Origin: an uncultured Lishizhenia sp.
Lineage (GTDB): Bacteria; Bacteroidota; Bacteroidia; Flavobacteriales_D; Crocinitomicaceae
Length of the DNA: 64,000 nt
NCBI GenBank assembly: GCA_964540625.1
Contig: CAZINO010000001.1
Coordinates: 3,448-67,447, forward strand
Direction of reading: 5' to 3'
Made by a program: the position numbers and the translations under genes. Positions within the stretch are counted from its first letter, which is position 1; each line of letters starts with the position of its first letter. The notes under the pieces are model-generated. The model saw only the letters and a program-made list of their open reading frames with translations. It searched no databases and was not told the DNA's origin. Shown piece by piece: positions 29,895-41,500 of the stretch.

Positions 29895-30974
29895 TTATTT
29901 AATGGCCCTAAAATCTTGTCCTGACTTGATGCGTAGTACCGTCTGGTAAATCAGGCGAATACAATTTTCAACATCATCTTTTTGCACCATTTCTACGGTG
30001 GTGTGCATGTAGCGCAAAGGCAAAGAAATGAGCGCCGAACTAACACCCTCATTGGAATAAGCAAATGCATCGGTATCGGTACCCGTTGACCGAGAAACCG
30101 CTGCGCGCTGAAACGGAATTTTTTCGGCTGCTGCCGTATCGATGATAAAACGCAACAAATTATTTTGGACCGCCGGGCCGTAGGTAAGTACGGGGCCTTT
30201 TCCACTTTGTTGGTCCCCATTTTCTATTTTATCGACCATTGGGGTTGCGGTGTCATGACAAACATCGGTAATGATGGCCAAATCTGGCTTGATACGATGT
30301 GCCATCATTTCTGCGCCGCGCAGCCCGATTTCTTCTTGAACGGAATTCACTACGTATAGTGTGAAGGGTAATTTTTTCTTTTGTTCAGCCAGTAAACGAG
30401 CTACCTCTGCTATCATAAAGCCACCTACCCGATTATCCAGTGCGCGTCCAACATATTTATTCTTGTTGAGTATCATGAATTCATCCTCAAAAGTAGCCAC
30501 ACAACCTACATGTACACCAAGTGCCTCTACTTCTTCTTTGGAACTACAACCGCAATCCAAGAAAATATTCTTCATGCTAGGGGTTTCTTCTTTTTGCTGA
30601 CGCATGTGAATGGCTGGCCAACCGAATACGGCCTTTACCAGGCCTTTATCGGTGTGAATATTCACGCGCTTTGAAGGCGCAATCATGTGATCTGAACCGC
30701 CATTGCGTCGCAAATAAATAAAACCGTCTTTGGTGATGTAATGAACAAACCAAGAAATCTCATCTGCATGCGCTTCGATGACCACCTTGTATGCTTGCCC
30801 TGGATTGATAACTGCTGCAACAGATCCGTAGGCATCTGTGATATAATCATCGATGTAGGGCCGAATATAATCTAGCCACATTTGTTGACCTGAGGTTTCA
30901 AAACCGGTTGGACTTGCGTTGTTGAGGTAAGCCTCTAAAAATTTTTCAGATTTGTTAGTGATGATTTTTTTCAT
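29895..30974 (-). CDS. M42 family metallopeptidase (glutamyl aminopeptidase / FrvX-like)
   Basis: EAHADEI, RALDNRVGG, VQEEIGLRGA, TDTDAF. 359 aa. Confidence 0.85.
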   Translation of the reverse strand: MKKIITNKSEKFLEAYLNNASPTGFETSGQQMWLDYIRPYIDDYITDAYGSVAAVINPGQAYKVVIEAHADEISWFVHYITKDGFIYLRRNGGSDHMIAPSKRVNIHTDKGLVKAVFGWPAIHMRQQKEETPSMKNIFLDCGCSSKEEVEALGVHVGCVATFEDEFMILNKNKYVGRALDNRVGGFMIAEVARLLAEQKKKLPFTLYVVNSVQEEIGLRGAEMMAHRIKPDLAIITDVCHDTATPMVDKIENGDQQSGKGPVLTYGPAVQNNLLRFIIDTAAAEKIPFQRAAVSRSTGTDTDAFAYSNEGVSSALISLPLRYMHTTVEMVQKDDVENCIRLIYQTVLRIKSGQDFRAIK

Positions 30975-30976
30975 GG

Positions 30977-33900
30977 TTAACGAATAAGCGTGATGTTTCC
31001 TTTAATGATATTTTGAAGACCGCCGACACACGTTGCTTGCAAATAATAGTCGTAGACATCGGGGTCTAAAAGTTTGCCACGGTAAGTGCCGTCCCAACCC
31101 TCAGCTAAAGAAGTGGTTTCCCAGACAAGCTCTCCCCAACGGTCATAGACACGAAAAACAAAAGATTCGATAAATGGACCGCGGACGTATAATTTGTCGT
31201 TCTGACCGTCTTTATTTGGTGAAAACGCATTGGGTACAAATACGAAAGGCGCACCACAAATGCTATCATAGACCTTAATCAAAACAGTATCTGAACCCGT
31301 GCAAAAACCGTCGCTAACGGTGAGCGTATAGGTTGTCGTTTCTTCTATGGTTGCTTGCGGATTCGAAACTTGTGGATTCGACAAGCCATTCGCCGGTGTC
31401 CAAGAATAGGTAAAATTACCCACGGGTATACCCGTTAATTGCGAACTCTCATTAGGTAAAATGATGGTGGGATCTGCACTCGCCGTTACCAAAAGCGGGT
31501 TGAGTGCTGAAACATTGATGAAAATTGAATCTTGGAGGGTGCAATTTTGATTGGTAAGCACCGTGACATTCATGAGTTGCCCCGAACTAACAGCAACGCT
31601 AACGGTGGGTAAATTGTTGGGCCCAATGACATTTGCTGGCGGCGTCCACAAAATACTTTGCGCGTTTACAGCCCCGGCTAAGCTGAGCTCAAATGGTGCC
31701 TGAGCGCAAACCAAATTGGGTCCAATAATCGAAAATGAATCCGATAACACCTGGACTTGAATACTGTCAGTGCTTACACAATAGCCGTTGGAAATCTGAA
31801 GATAATACCATCCAGATTGCGGGTCAACGAATGTCAATTCCGGGCTATTAATGGAATTCAAGGTGTCGTTAAATTGATTGGTACTCGACCAAATATATTG
31901 TGTTGGACTGCCGGTAATAGCCGGAATAATTGTCGTGTCAATTGAGGTACAAAGTGTGAATAAATCGGGGAGCACCACACCCAGCGCCGGACCAACCGTG
32001 ATTTGAATGCTTTGTTGGTCCGTGCCTAAACAAACAGAATCGGTGATGGTCAAAGAAAGCGTGTAGGTACCCGGTTGGGTATACGTAATGCTCGGTTCGA
32101 ATTGGTTGCTATCTAGCTGTCCGTTGCCGAAATCCCATAAGAATTGGCTTGAGAAGGTTGAGTTGTTGTTGATGTCAATAGTAAACGGCGCACAACCAAG
32201 CGTATCGGCAATTGAAAAGGTGGCGTTCAGCGGCACGTCGAACTGGACAAAAACCGAATCAATGGCACTGCAAAATCCGTTGCTGGCTTGGCAAAAATAC
32301 CAGCCACCTTGGGTCACCACAATACTGGATTGCTGCGGCGCGTTGATTGGATTACTGAGGTCGTTTTGTGTGGACCATATGTACTGACTAGCGGTGCCTT
32401 GTGTGTTGGCATTTAAAATAAATGGTGCTGAACTACACAAATTGATGGTGTCGGCAAGATTGAGTTGAATGGAATCGAGCACGAGAATTTGGATCTGAGC
32501 CGTATCGGTGAGTAAACAAACGCTGTCGGTAACGTATAACAAGACCTCATAAGTACCTGGCGAATCGTAAATAACGGTCGGATTGAAAACAATACTGGTG
32601 GTATCACCATTGCCAAAATCCCAGAGATAGGCATCTCCTTGGGTTGAGGTATTTTGGAACGTAACGCTGAGGTCTTCGCAACCTTGGACATTGGAGCTTG
32701 TAAATTGAGCACTCGGAATCAGTTGAAAATCGAATTTAAAGACCAAGTTATTGCAATTGCTGCTGTTGTTCGTGTTGGACCATGCACCTTGCGAGGTAGG
32801 AAAATCGGAATGTCCGCCACAACCACCACACACAGACTGATAAACTACCCCGTTTTTATCAAAACGCGAGGTGCCGCCATCGACATGTTCTTGTGCAATA
32901 GCACCACCTAGATAACTTGCATAGAGCAAGCCACCAAAATTGGCTTGCAACACCATGAGGTAAAAATCGAAGCCTGAAGTAGTCGACTGAAAAGCATTAG
33001 GAGATATTGGCATGCCACTGAGCGGCGTGGATTGTAAAATATTGGCACCCCAACCAGAAATGTAAATATTACCACAGATATCAACGAGGAATGCAGCAGG
33101 TGAAATATTGATTTGGCTGGCACCATTGCCAATAACGGTGGAGGCTAAATTAGTGGTAAGAGCTGCATTGAGTTTCAAGACAAATTGACTACTGCCAGGG
33201 TTGCTGTAAGCGGCGTTATTCACGACAAAACCTCCGGCATTGGCTTGACCCAACAGAAATACATTGTTGTTGCGGTCTATTTCGACAAAAAAGACTTGAT
33301 CGTAATTGGGAGTCCCGACATAACTTGCTTTTTGAATGTTGGTGCCTTGTGCATTGAGTTTAACGACAAAACCGTCTGTTTTACCACCGTTGTAATTACT
33401 TTGATAAGCGGCGGTGGTTCCAGCTAAATTATTGGACCCTGTGGCGCCTGCAAATACGATTGCCCCTAGTGTATCGACCTTGACCGAATAGGCGGCGTCG
33501 TCCTTATTTCCGCCATAGTATGAAGCAAATTGGAATGCAGAGAAACTCGGATTCAATTGAAAGATAACGGCATCTTGGCCGGTACCTTTAGTTGCTTGAA
33601 ACGGATTTTGCGTGGGGAAATTGGTTGACCTGCTGCAACTGGCTACAAGCACCGAACCATTTGCATTTAAGTATATTTCACCTCTAAATTGGTCTCCATA
33701 ATTGGTGGTAAGGGAGTCATAAGCCGCGACATTATTGTATGGCAAACCTAAAGTTCTGTAATTCACGCCGTCGTTGGCACTTCCGCCGACGTAGGTCGAG
33801 GCCAATAAATTTTGACCATTCGCACTTAATTTAGTTACAAAAAGATCTGTGCCTTGGGTGCCAAAGTAAACCCCATTGAAATAAAAGTTAGCGTTGGGCG

Positions 33901-35017
33901 TTCCGCCGGCATGATTGCTTTGCAGGGCCCCGGCTGTGGTCGGGAAGTCGGTACTCGAGGTGGCGCCGAATAGGTAAATATTGTTGAGCGAATCACAAAT
34001 GAGACTGTGTGCGGTTTCGGTTCCTTGGTTGTTGTCGCCGCCACCTAAAAAACCCGACCACAGCATGGTGCTGCCATCTGGGGCATAGCGCGTTACGAAA
34101 ACATCTGTAATGCCGTATGCGCCAGCCAATGAAGTAAAATTGGAGGTGATATCAAAACTTGCGAGGCTCGGCAACGGAAAATTGTTACCGTAAACCATTC
34201 CGGCTGCGTAGGCTGATCCGTCGTAGCCATAAGTAGCGGTCATGCCGAAGTTGTCTGAGTTAGCGCCATTGTAGGTAGCAAAAACAAGTACGGGATCTAT
34301 AAAAAGCGGAAGGCCTGCATTATAAGCGCCGAGTTCATAGGTGTACACACCTGGTGCGACGTTGATGTAATTGCAAGGAATGAGCTTTTTGACACCATTG
34401 ACCACCTGGTAAGCCACCGGCCGCTCCTCTACAACCTCACCAATTGGCGTACGTAGACGGATAGCGCCATTTTTGAGTTGAATATCAGTTGTTCCTTGAT
34501 ATTGCCATTGTACCAAAGACGGATCTGCACCAGCAGCCAACTCAAAAGTGTATTTAAAATGTCCTTGGCTTGCCACCCAATGCAAATTGGTTTTTGGGTA
34601 ATATTCTTTGTACACAACCTCTTGGAAAGCACTTACATTCTGAGCCCATTTTTTTTGATCCTTTCCTTGAAAAAAATGATAGGTATGTGCTTTGGGCAAC
34701 ATTCCTTCAGCAAGCGCCTGTTGATTGGCGCCAATAAACTGCTGGCCTAAAAAATAACTTGGCACTTGGGGATTATCTAGGACTTTTTGTTGGTGATGGG
34801 CCTGCTCTAAGGCAGAAAAATCAGTAAGCTGGTAAAGTAGACGGTCTTGACCCATCCAAATTTTAGCGGCGCCGTCTTTGGCCATAAACTGGATATCTGC
34901 TGGCCATTGACCTTTATTTTGAACAAATTCTTGCCCTTGAAACTGCGCATACCCGTTTTGGTTCAGTAGCAAACCAAAAATGCAAGCAAATAAAAAGCGA
35001 TACCACCTCGACTTCAT
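30977..35017 (-). CDS. Giant secreted protein: beta-propeller (SBBP-like) repeats + 2 PKD domains + T9SS type B (gliding motility-associated) C-terminal domain
   Basis: PKD motifs WDFGNGDTT...PGTYEVLLYVTDSVC and WDFGNGQLD...PGTYTLSLTITDSVC. C-terminus FVPNAFSPNKDGQNDKLYV...VYDRWGELVWE...GWDGTYRGK...DVYDYYL...GNITLIR. Start set at ATG 35017 (MKSRWYRFLF). Confidence 0.85.
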   Translation of the reverse strand: MKSRWYRFLFACIFGLLLNQNGYAQFQGQEFVQNKGQWPADIQFMAKDGAAKIWMGQDRLLYQLTDFSALEQAHHQQKVLDNPQVPSYFLGQQFIGANQQALAEGMLPKAHTYHFFQGKDQKKWAQNVSAFQEVVYKEYYPKTNLHWVASQGHFKYTFELAAGADPSLVQWQYQGTTDIQLKNGAIRLRTPIGEVVEERPVAYQVVNGVKKLIPCNYINVAPGVYTYELGAYNAGLPLFIDPVLVFATYNGANSDNFGMTATYGYDGSAYAAGMVYGNNFPLPSLASFDITSNFTSLAGAYGITDVFVTRYAPDGSTMLWSGFLGGGDNNQGTETAHSLICDSLNNIYLFGATSSTDFPTTAGALQSNHAGGTPNANFYFNGVYFGTQGTDLFVTKLSANGQNLLASTYVGGSANDGVNYRTLGLPYNNVAAYDSLTTNYGDQFRGEIYLNANGSVLVASCSRSTNFPTQNPFQATKGTGQDAVIFQLNPSFSAFQFASYYGGNKDDAAYSVKVDTLGAIVFAGATGSNNLAGTTAAYQSNYNGGKTDGFVVKLNAQGTNIQKASYVGTPNYDQVFFVEIDRNNNVFLLGQANAGGFVVNNAAYSNPGSSQFVLKLNAALTTNLASTVIGNGASQINISPAAFLVDICGNIYISGWGANILQSTPLSGMPISPNAFQSTTSGFDFYLMVLQANFGGLLYASYLGGAIAQEHVDGGTSRFDKNGVVYQSVCGGCGGHSDFPTSQGAWSNTNNSSNCNNLVFKFDFQLIPSAQFTSSNVQGCEDLSVTFQNTSTQGDAYLWDFGNGDTTSIVFNPTVIYDSPGTYEVLLYVTDSVCLLTDTAQIQILVLDSIQLNLADTINLCSSAPFILNANTQGTASQYIWSTQNDLSNPINAPQQSSIVVTQGGWYFCQASNGFCSAIDSVFVQFDVPLNATFSIADTLGCAPFTIDINNNSTFSSQFLWDFGNGQLDSNQFEPSITYTQPGTYTLSLTITDSVCLGTDQQSIQITVGPALGVVLPDLFTLCTSIDTTIIPAITGSPTQYIWSSTNQFNDTLNSINSPELTFVDPQSGWYYLQISNGYCVSTDSIQVQVLSDSFSIIGPNLVCAQAPFELSLAGAVNAQSILWTPPANVIGPNNLPTVSVAVSSGQLMNVTVLTNQNCTLQDSIFINVSALNPLLVTASADPTIILPNESSQLTGIPVGNFTYSWTPANGLSNPQVSNPQATIEETTTYTLTVSDGFCTGSDTVLIKVYDSICGAPFVFVPNAFSPNKDGQNDKLYVRGPFIESFVFRVYDRWGELVWETTSLAEGWDGTYRGKLLDPDVYDYYLQATCVGGLQNIIKGNITLIR

Positions 35018-35065
35018 CCTCGCTAAGTTAAGCATTTCGACTAATTTTGTAAGAAGCAATTTGAC

Positions 35066-36022
35066 ATGACAACAACTCCCAATAAAATCTGTTCCCTTTT
35101 TAATATCCAATATCCGTTAATTCAAGGTGGAATGATCTGGTGTGCAGGTTGGGAACTCGCGGCGGCGGTTTCCAATGCAGGCGGACTTGGTCTACTAGGC
35201 GCCGGCTCTATGTACCCAGAGGTACTCGATGCACAAATTCAAAAATGCAAAGCTGCCACTGCCAAACCTTTTGGCGTGAATCTTCCGCTTCTTTACCCAA
35301 ACATTGAAGCGCATATACAAACAATCATCAAACACAAAGTGCCCATCGTTTTTACGAGTGCTGGAAACCCAAAAATTTGGACAGAAACACTTCAGAAAGA
35401 AGGCATTAAGGTTGTGCATGTGGTGTCTAGTGTCAAATTTGCCCTCAAAGCCCAAGCGGCCGGCGTAGATGCCATTGTTGCCGAAGGCTTTGAAGCAGGT
35501 GGACACAACGGTCGCGATGAAACCACAACACTCTGCCTGATTCCGATGGTGCGCAAAGCCATTTCTATTCCGCTCATTGCCGCTGGCGGCATCGGCGATG
35601 GCCGCGCCATGCTGGCCGTCATGAATCTCGGCGCCGATGGCGCCCAAGTTGGCAGCCGTTTTGTAGCCTCTTTGGAATCAAGTGCGCACCCACAATTCAA
35701 GCAAGCCGTCATCGATAGCCAAGAAGGCGATACACTGCTGACCCTCAAAGAACTTACGCCGGTCAGGTTGCTTAAAAACCCATTTTTTGAACAAGTTCAG
35801 GCTGCCTACCAGAATGGGGCCAGCCCTGAGGAGCTGGCCACATTACTCGGCCGCGGTCGAGCCAAAAAAGGTATGTTCGAAGGTGATCTCGAAGCCGGAG
35901 AACTTGAAATCGGGCAAATTGCCGGTAATTTCGATGCCATTTTGCCTGCAGCCGAAATTGTCCGAGGGTTCATTACAGATTTCAATACGGCAATCAGCAC
36001 ACAATCCCCATTTACCCTATGA
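35066..36022 (+). CDS. NAD(P)H-dependent flavin oxidoreductase (nitronate monooxygenase / FabK-like)
   Basis: YPLIQGGMIWCAGWELAAAVSNAGGLG...VAEGFEAGGH...IPLIAAGGIGDGR. Confidence 0.85.
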   Translation: MTTTPNKICSLFNIQYPLIQGGMIWCAGWELAAAVSNAGGLGLLGAGSMYPEVLDAQIQKCKAATAKPFGVNLPLLYPNIEAHIQTIIKHKVPIVFTSAGNPKIWTETLQKEGIKVVHVVSSVKFALKAQAAGVDAIVAEGFEAGGHNGRDETTTLCLIPMVRKAISIPLIAAGGIGDGRAMLAVMNLGADGAQVGSRFVASLESSAHPQFKQAVIDSQEGDTLLTLKELTPVRLLKNPFFEQVQAAYQNGASPEELATLLGRGRAKKGMFEGDLEAGELEIGQIAGNFDAILPAAEIVRGFITDFNTAISTQSPFTL

Positions 36023-37254
36023 TCCATTTCGAACGCTTTACGCTGGCCAATGGCTTGCGCGTTTTGTTTCACAAAGAACCTTCCACACCAATGGCAGTGG
36101 TCAATGTCTTGTACGACGTCGGGGCGCGCGACGAAAATCCGAATCAAACAGGTTTTGCGCATTTGTTTGAGCACCTCATGTTTGGAGGCTCTAAGCATAT
36201 TCCGGACTTCGATGCACCATTGCAAGCCGCAGGTGGCCAGAGCAATGCATTTACCTCCAACGACATCACTAACTACTACGATGTTTTGCCCGCACACAAC
36301 CTCGATACCGCCTTGTGGCTTGAGTCTGACCGCATGTTGTCTTTGGCTTTTACACCCAAAAGTCTCGAAGTTCAACGCCAAGTCGTTATCGAGGAATTCA
36401 AGCAGCGCTACCTCAACCAACCTTACGGCGATGCCTGGTTGCATTTGCGTCCGCTCGCTTACCGAAAGCACCCCTATCGCTGGGCCACTATTGGTAAAAA
36501 TATTCAGCATATCGAAACGGCTACCATGGACGACGTCCGTGCTTTTTTTCAAAAACACTATCACCCTGGAAACGCTATCCTATGTATAGTTGGTAATTTC
36601 GAATTGGATTTCATACAACAAAAAGTACAACACTATTTCGGGTCTATTCCGGGCAGCACCAAAGCGACACGAAACCTACCAAAAGAACCTCAACAAAAGC
36701 AATTTAGAAAGAAAAAAATAAGTCGAAACGTGCCCTCAGGTGCGTTTTACTATGCTTTTCCAATGGGCGGCAGAATGGATGCGTCTTACTATTTAGCCGA
36801 TTTACTCTCCGATCATATCGGCAACGAAAAAACAGGACTTCTGTATACCGAGCTGCAGCGCAAAAAAAAGCTCGTTTCGGAAATAACAGCCTACATAACG
36901 GGGTCTCTGGACAACGGACTTTTGGTACTGACCGGCAAACTCAACCCCGGTCGTACTTTTGAGCAACTCGATGCCGCGCTTTGGCAAACCTTGGACAAAT
37001 ATACCTCGCGACCCATTTCCAAGTCTGCACTCAAAGAATTGTTACTCAAAATGCAGACCGCCAAAGCTTTTCAAGATCAAGGCTTGCTGAACCGCGCCAT
37101 GAATCTATGCTTTTTCGAATTACTCGGAGATGCCAATTTACTCAACCAAGAACCTGAATATTATCAACAGGTCAAGCCAATTGAACTCCAACAATTTGCC
37201 AAAGCAATTTTTAGTAAAAACCACTGCTCCTTGCTGCAAATTCAAGCCAAATGA
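36019..37254 (+). CDS. M16 (pitrilysin) family zinc peptidase, catalytic-type subunit
   Basis: Inverted zinc motif HLFEHLMF (HxxEH). ATGA overlap with the upstream gene. Confidence 0.85.
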   Translation: MIHFERFTLANGLRVLFHKEPSTPMAVVNVLYDVGARDENPNQTGFAHLFEHLMFGGSKHIPDFDAPLQAAGGQSNAFTSNDITNYYDVLPAHNLDTALWLESDRMLSLAFTPKSLEVQRQVVIEEFKQRYLNQPYGDAWLHLRPLAYRKHPYRWATIGKNIQHIETATMDDVRAFFQKHYHPGNAILCIVGNFELDFIQQKVQHYFGSIPGSTKATRNLPKEPQQKQFRKKKISRNVPSGAFYYAFPMGGRMDASYYLADLLSDHIGNEKTGLLYTELQRKKKLVSEITAYITGSLDNGLLVLTGKLNPGRTFEQLDAALWQTLDKYTSRPISKSALKELLLKMQTAKAFQDQGLLNRAMNLCFFELLGDANLLNQEPEYYQQVKPIELQQFAKAIFSKNHCSLLQIQAK

Positions 37255-38537
37255 AAATGAGAAATTCGAATGCACAAACAGCGCTTGATCGCACCATTGC
37301 ACCACCATTGCTACCAATCGAACACATTCTTTTTATTGCGCCAGAAAGCAACAGATTGTCAAATGGCGCAACACTACATTGGAGACACGGATTACAAAAC
37401 CAAACCAGTAAAATCGAACTGCATTTTGCTGCGGGTTCGGCTCGCTTAGATCCATTGAGCGCAAGCCTTTGTGCCGGCCTTCTGATCAACGGCAGCAAAG
37501 GGAAAACCGCCAAACAAATTCAAAAAGCCCTCGATGCGGTTGGTGCCTATTACGACGTATCACTCGGGCAAGATAACTGCGTAGTGAGCTTGTATGCGCT
37601 CAATAGCCAATTGCTCAACGCATACAAAATATTTCATGCCAGCTTATTTGAGGCTGAATTTCCACAAAAAGAAATCAATCAATTGGTACATGAGCGCAAG
37701 CAAAAGTTTAAAATACAAGCGCAAAAAGTCAACTTTTTAGCGCAGCGCCTTTTTCAGCGTAATTTACTTTCTGGCTCGGTATATGCCCAACAAATTCAAC
37801 TCGAAGATTTTGACCGTGCCGATCGTACTGCTATTCAGGCTTTTCATGGAAGCTATTATTTAAATGGACTACAAAAGGTATACTTAATTGGTGATTTCGA
37901 TCAAAAAACAATGAGCGCGTTTATCGATTTACTCAATGAGTACCAACTATTTAAAGGAAACAAACTTCCTTTTACCTGGAATCCAAACCAAGGCGCAGTC
38001 CACCATGAGCAGTCGGGGGCTTTGCAAAGTGCGATTCGTATTGGCAGGCCCTTATTTAATAAAACACACCCTGATTTCATTGCATTTACTGTACTTAATA
38101 CCATCCTCGGCGATTATTTTGGAAGCAGGCTCATGAGTAATATCCGCGAAGACAAAGGTTATACCTACGGCATAGGTTCACACATTGTAGAAAATCAGCA
38201 ATTTGGTTATTTCGTTATTGGCACTGAGGTTGGTGTCGACACCAGAACCGCAACCTTTCGTGAAATACAATATGAAATGGAGCGCTTACAAACTGAACTT
38301 GTTTCTCAAGAAGAACTCGAATTAGTCAAAAGTTACTTGTTGGGGCAGTTGCTCAAAAGTGCAGATGGGCCCTACGCTATGCTCGATTTATTTGCAAACG
38401 TAGAAATACACGGCCTCGATCTACAATTTTACGAACAGTATATAGCAGAAGTGAAAGCGGTAAGTGCCCAAAAACTACAGGATTTAGCAGTCAAATACCT
38501 CAATTGGGACGACATGCTGATTATTTCTGCAGGATAG
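37251..38537 (+). CDS. M16 family peptidase-like protein lacking the HxxEH motif
   Basis: M16 C-terminal-domain-like sequence (REDKGYTYGIGS...). No HxxEH seen. ATGA overlap with the preceding M16 gene. Confidence 0.78.
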   Translation: MKMRNSNAQTALDRTIAPPLLPIEHILFIAPESNRLSNGATLHWRHGLQNQTSKIELHFAAGSARLDPLSASLCAGLLINGSKGKTAKQIQKALDAVGAYYDVSLGQDNCVVSLYALNSQLLNAYKIFHASLFEAEFPQKEINQLVHERKQKFKIQAQKVNFLAQRLFQRNLLSGSVYAQQIQLEDFDRADRTAIQAFHGSYYLNGLQKVYLIGDFDQKTMSAFIDLLNEYQLFKGNKLPFTWNPNQGAVHHEQSGALQSAIRIGRPLFNKTHPDFIAFTVLNTILGDYFGSRLMSNIREDKGYTYGIGSHIVENQQFGYFVIGTEVGVDTRTATFREIQYEMERLQTELVSQEELELVKSYLLGQLLKSADGPYAMLDLFANVEIHGLDLQFYEQYIAEVKAVSAQKLQDLAVKYLNWDDMLIISAG

Positions 38538-38596
38538 CAACCTTTACAGGCCTTTCGCCGTTATACTAAAAGTATAAAAACCGCGTTATTCAACGG

Positions 38597-41500
38597 ATGC
38601 CAAGAGCTTTTATTGTCTTCTTTTTTCTCTTCCTGGCTTTTGTGAGCCATGCATCGCACGTGATGGGTGGTGAAATCACCTACAAGCACCTCGGCAACAA
38701 TAATTATCAATTTGAATTGGTTTTTTACCGCGACTGCAACGGTGCTGATGTCAATGCCGTTTCAGAAACGCTGCGTGTCTGGAATCATCCGAGCCTAAGC
38801 ACCATTCCTGTTTTGTTTGTGCAAAGACAAGATTTATCGCCAAGTTGTACCCAAGTTCCTGGGGGTGCTGGCCCTTTACTTTGCGGAACCGGCAACAACG
38901 GAGGCAACGGCATTGGTGCCATCGAAAAAGTCATTTACCGCAGTGCGCCTGTTGCCCTCACTGGCGCTCCACCCGCTCAGGGCTGGGCATTTACCTACGA
39001 AAATTTCTCGAGAAGTGGGGCCCTTACCAACCTCAGCAATCCTTCGACTTACGGCATCACGCTTGTAGCCAAAATTTTCAATTTAAGCCAACCGGATAGC
39101 TCTCCTGTTTTCAATGAAGATCCCAATTTTGTCAGTTGTGCTGGACTACCTTATCAATACAACAGCGCGGTCAGCGACCCCAACCTCGACTCTCTACATT
39201 TTGAGTTTGGCATTCCCTACGATCATTTCCCAACCGGAGCCTTCAACCCGCCAAGCAATCCAGCGCCCATACCTTTTGTAAGTGGTTTTTCTTACCTCAG
39301 CCCCACGCCGGGCCCAGCCATCAATGCCAGCAACACCGCAGCTGTGCTCAACCCACTCAATGGCAACCTGACTTTTAATAGTTTCACTGTAGGGAATTAT
39401 GCACTTAAAATTGTAGTCAAGGCCTATCGGGGCGGTTTGCTCATCTCAGAAACCGAACGAGAAATACAATTGGTGCTGCAACCTTGTAACAGCAGTAATT
39501 TCCCACCGGTAATTGCACCGCCATTTGCCGGCGGCACCTCTTACGAACTCACGGTCAATGCCGGTGACCTTGTCAATTTTGACCTGCTCATTACAGACCC
39601 CGATACACAAATCAACGGAAGCGCCCAAAACATTACCTTGGAAGGCAATTTACCCTGCGCTGTGGGCCCTTGTCCGTCTTTAAATGTCGGGCTTCCATTT
39701 ACGGCATCCGGCCAGATCCAAACCCAGTTCACGTGGCAAACAACCTGTGACCACATCCTGGACGGACAAGGGCAAGCACAGGCACAAAAAACCTATCATT
39801 TTGTCTTCAAAGCCTCAGACGACGTCTGTCCGATTCCCCAAGTGCAATATGCCACAATTACCATTCATGTACTCAATACAGGCATTATTACCGCGCCTGA
39901 AATTGCCTGTATCCAAACCAACAATGCAAATGAACTCAACATTTACTGGCCTTCGATTACCGGGAGTGCAACTGCTGGCTTTAGCGCATTTCAGTTGTAT
40001 TCGATACAAAACGGCTTACTTGCAGATACACTTGATGTCAATGCCACCTCCTTCACGATTCCTCCTATTTTCAATAGCCACGATTTTTACCTAACCGTTG
40101 CCTCGGGTTGCGGTGGCACTTTCTTGAGTAATTCGGATACCGTCAAAAATATTTACCTCACACTCAATAATCCAAATAATGGCACGGCCGTCTTGAATTG
40201 GAATAAGCCCAAGGCACAACCTTCGCCTCAGTACGCGAGCTACTATTACATCTACAGAGAATACCCAACCAACTTTTTCAACTTTCTAGACAGCGTACCC
40301 TACAACCAAACATCCTACACCGATACGATTGATTTATGTCATGAATTTTTGCGATATCGGGTCAACCTGAAAACCACTACCTGTAATTTCAATTCCAACA
40401 GACCTGGCGACTCTTTGACCGACATGATGACGCCCTTCATTCCTGTTTTATATAGTGTAGGTTTTGATACCAGCACCCAACAAATGCAAATACAATGGAA
40501 TGCCAATGCCGCTCCTGATACCTACGGTTATGTCGTGTATACCTATGATGCCAACGGTTTTCTCATTGAACTCGACACCATCTATGGACAAAACAACACC
40601 TCTTACCTATACAGTGTTCCTTTTGACGGTGGGCCCTACACTTATACGGTAGCAGCGTTTGACTCCTGCTTTACTTCAAATAATCCGCCTTCGTTTCAGA
40701 CCTCAGCCAAAGCTAACTTACACACCTCTATACACGCCAGCTACCTTATAGATATGTGTCCGCAGCGCGTAGACCTCACCTGGAGTCTATATGGTGGAAA
40801 TACGGTTATTTCTTACGAAATCTGGTGTAAACACAACAATACTTGGGCACTGCTCGGCACAAGTACTGATACCACCGCAAGTATAAACCTTGTCAAAAAC
40901 GAAAACTATTGTATCTACATCAAAGCCAATCTTCAAAATGGTTACTTTGCATTTTCCAACCCAATGTGCTTCTTGATGCCCCAACCGACGCCGCCCGCCT
41001 TTCATTATTTTAGTGTGGCGAGTGTCAAAGGAAAAGACATTGAGCTCAAGGCTTGGGTTGATCAAAGTGTAGGTATAACCAGCGTCCTATTTGAAAGAAA
41101 AGATACGAATGGCGTTTGGGCGCCAATCGGGGAAGGACCCATTCTCAATAATAACGCCTACCTCTTAGATGATGACGTCGATCCGAATTGGGGGCCCTGG
41201 ACCTACCGCAGCATGTACATCGATAGCTGTGGCAATCCAGGTGCTTATGCCAATGAAAACACCACCATTTTTGTGCAAGGTTCGGCAGACCAATACAACA
41301 TGATCAACGATCTCAATTGGACCCCCTACACCTTATTTAATGGCGGCATAGCCAATTACAAAATTTACCGCAACACCTACGGAACTTGGGAAAGCGTTCC
41401 TTTTCAAATTTTACCCGATGGTAGCTTTAGCCTCACTGATGACGTTTCTCAAATGCGAAACAAAGGAGAAGTTTGTTACCAAGTAATGGCGCTAGAAAAC

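Noticed and set aside
35018-35110. N-terminal extensions of several track ORFs (e.g. 35018-35110, 17893-18006, 28733-28774, 6464-6520, 62800-62844, 46311-46337, 4907-4939, 4186-4221)
   Set aside because: The extensions overlap neighbouring genes or terminators and precede obvious signal peptides or conserved N-termini. Internal ATG starts were used instead. Some track starts are TTG or GTG, not ATG.
35806-36589. 252-aa minus-strand ORF (35806..36564) and 179-aa alternative-frame plus-strand ORF (36050..36589)
   Set aside because: Both overlap the nitronate-monooxygenase-like and M16 peptidase genes, which carry clear signatures (HxxEH and others). Neither has motifs of its own.
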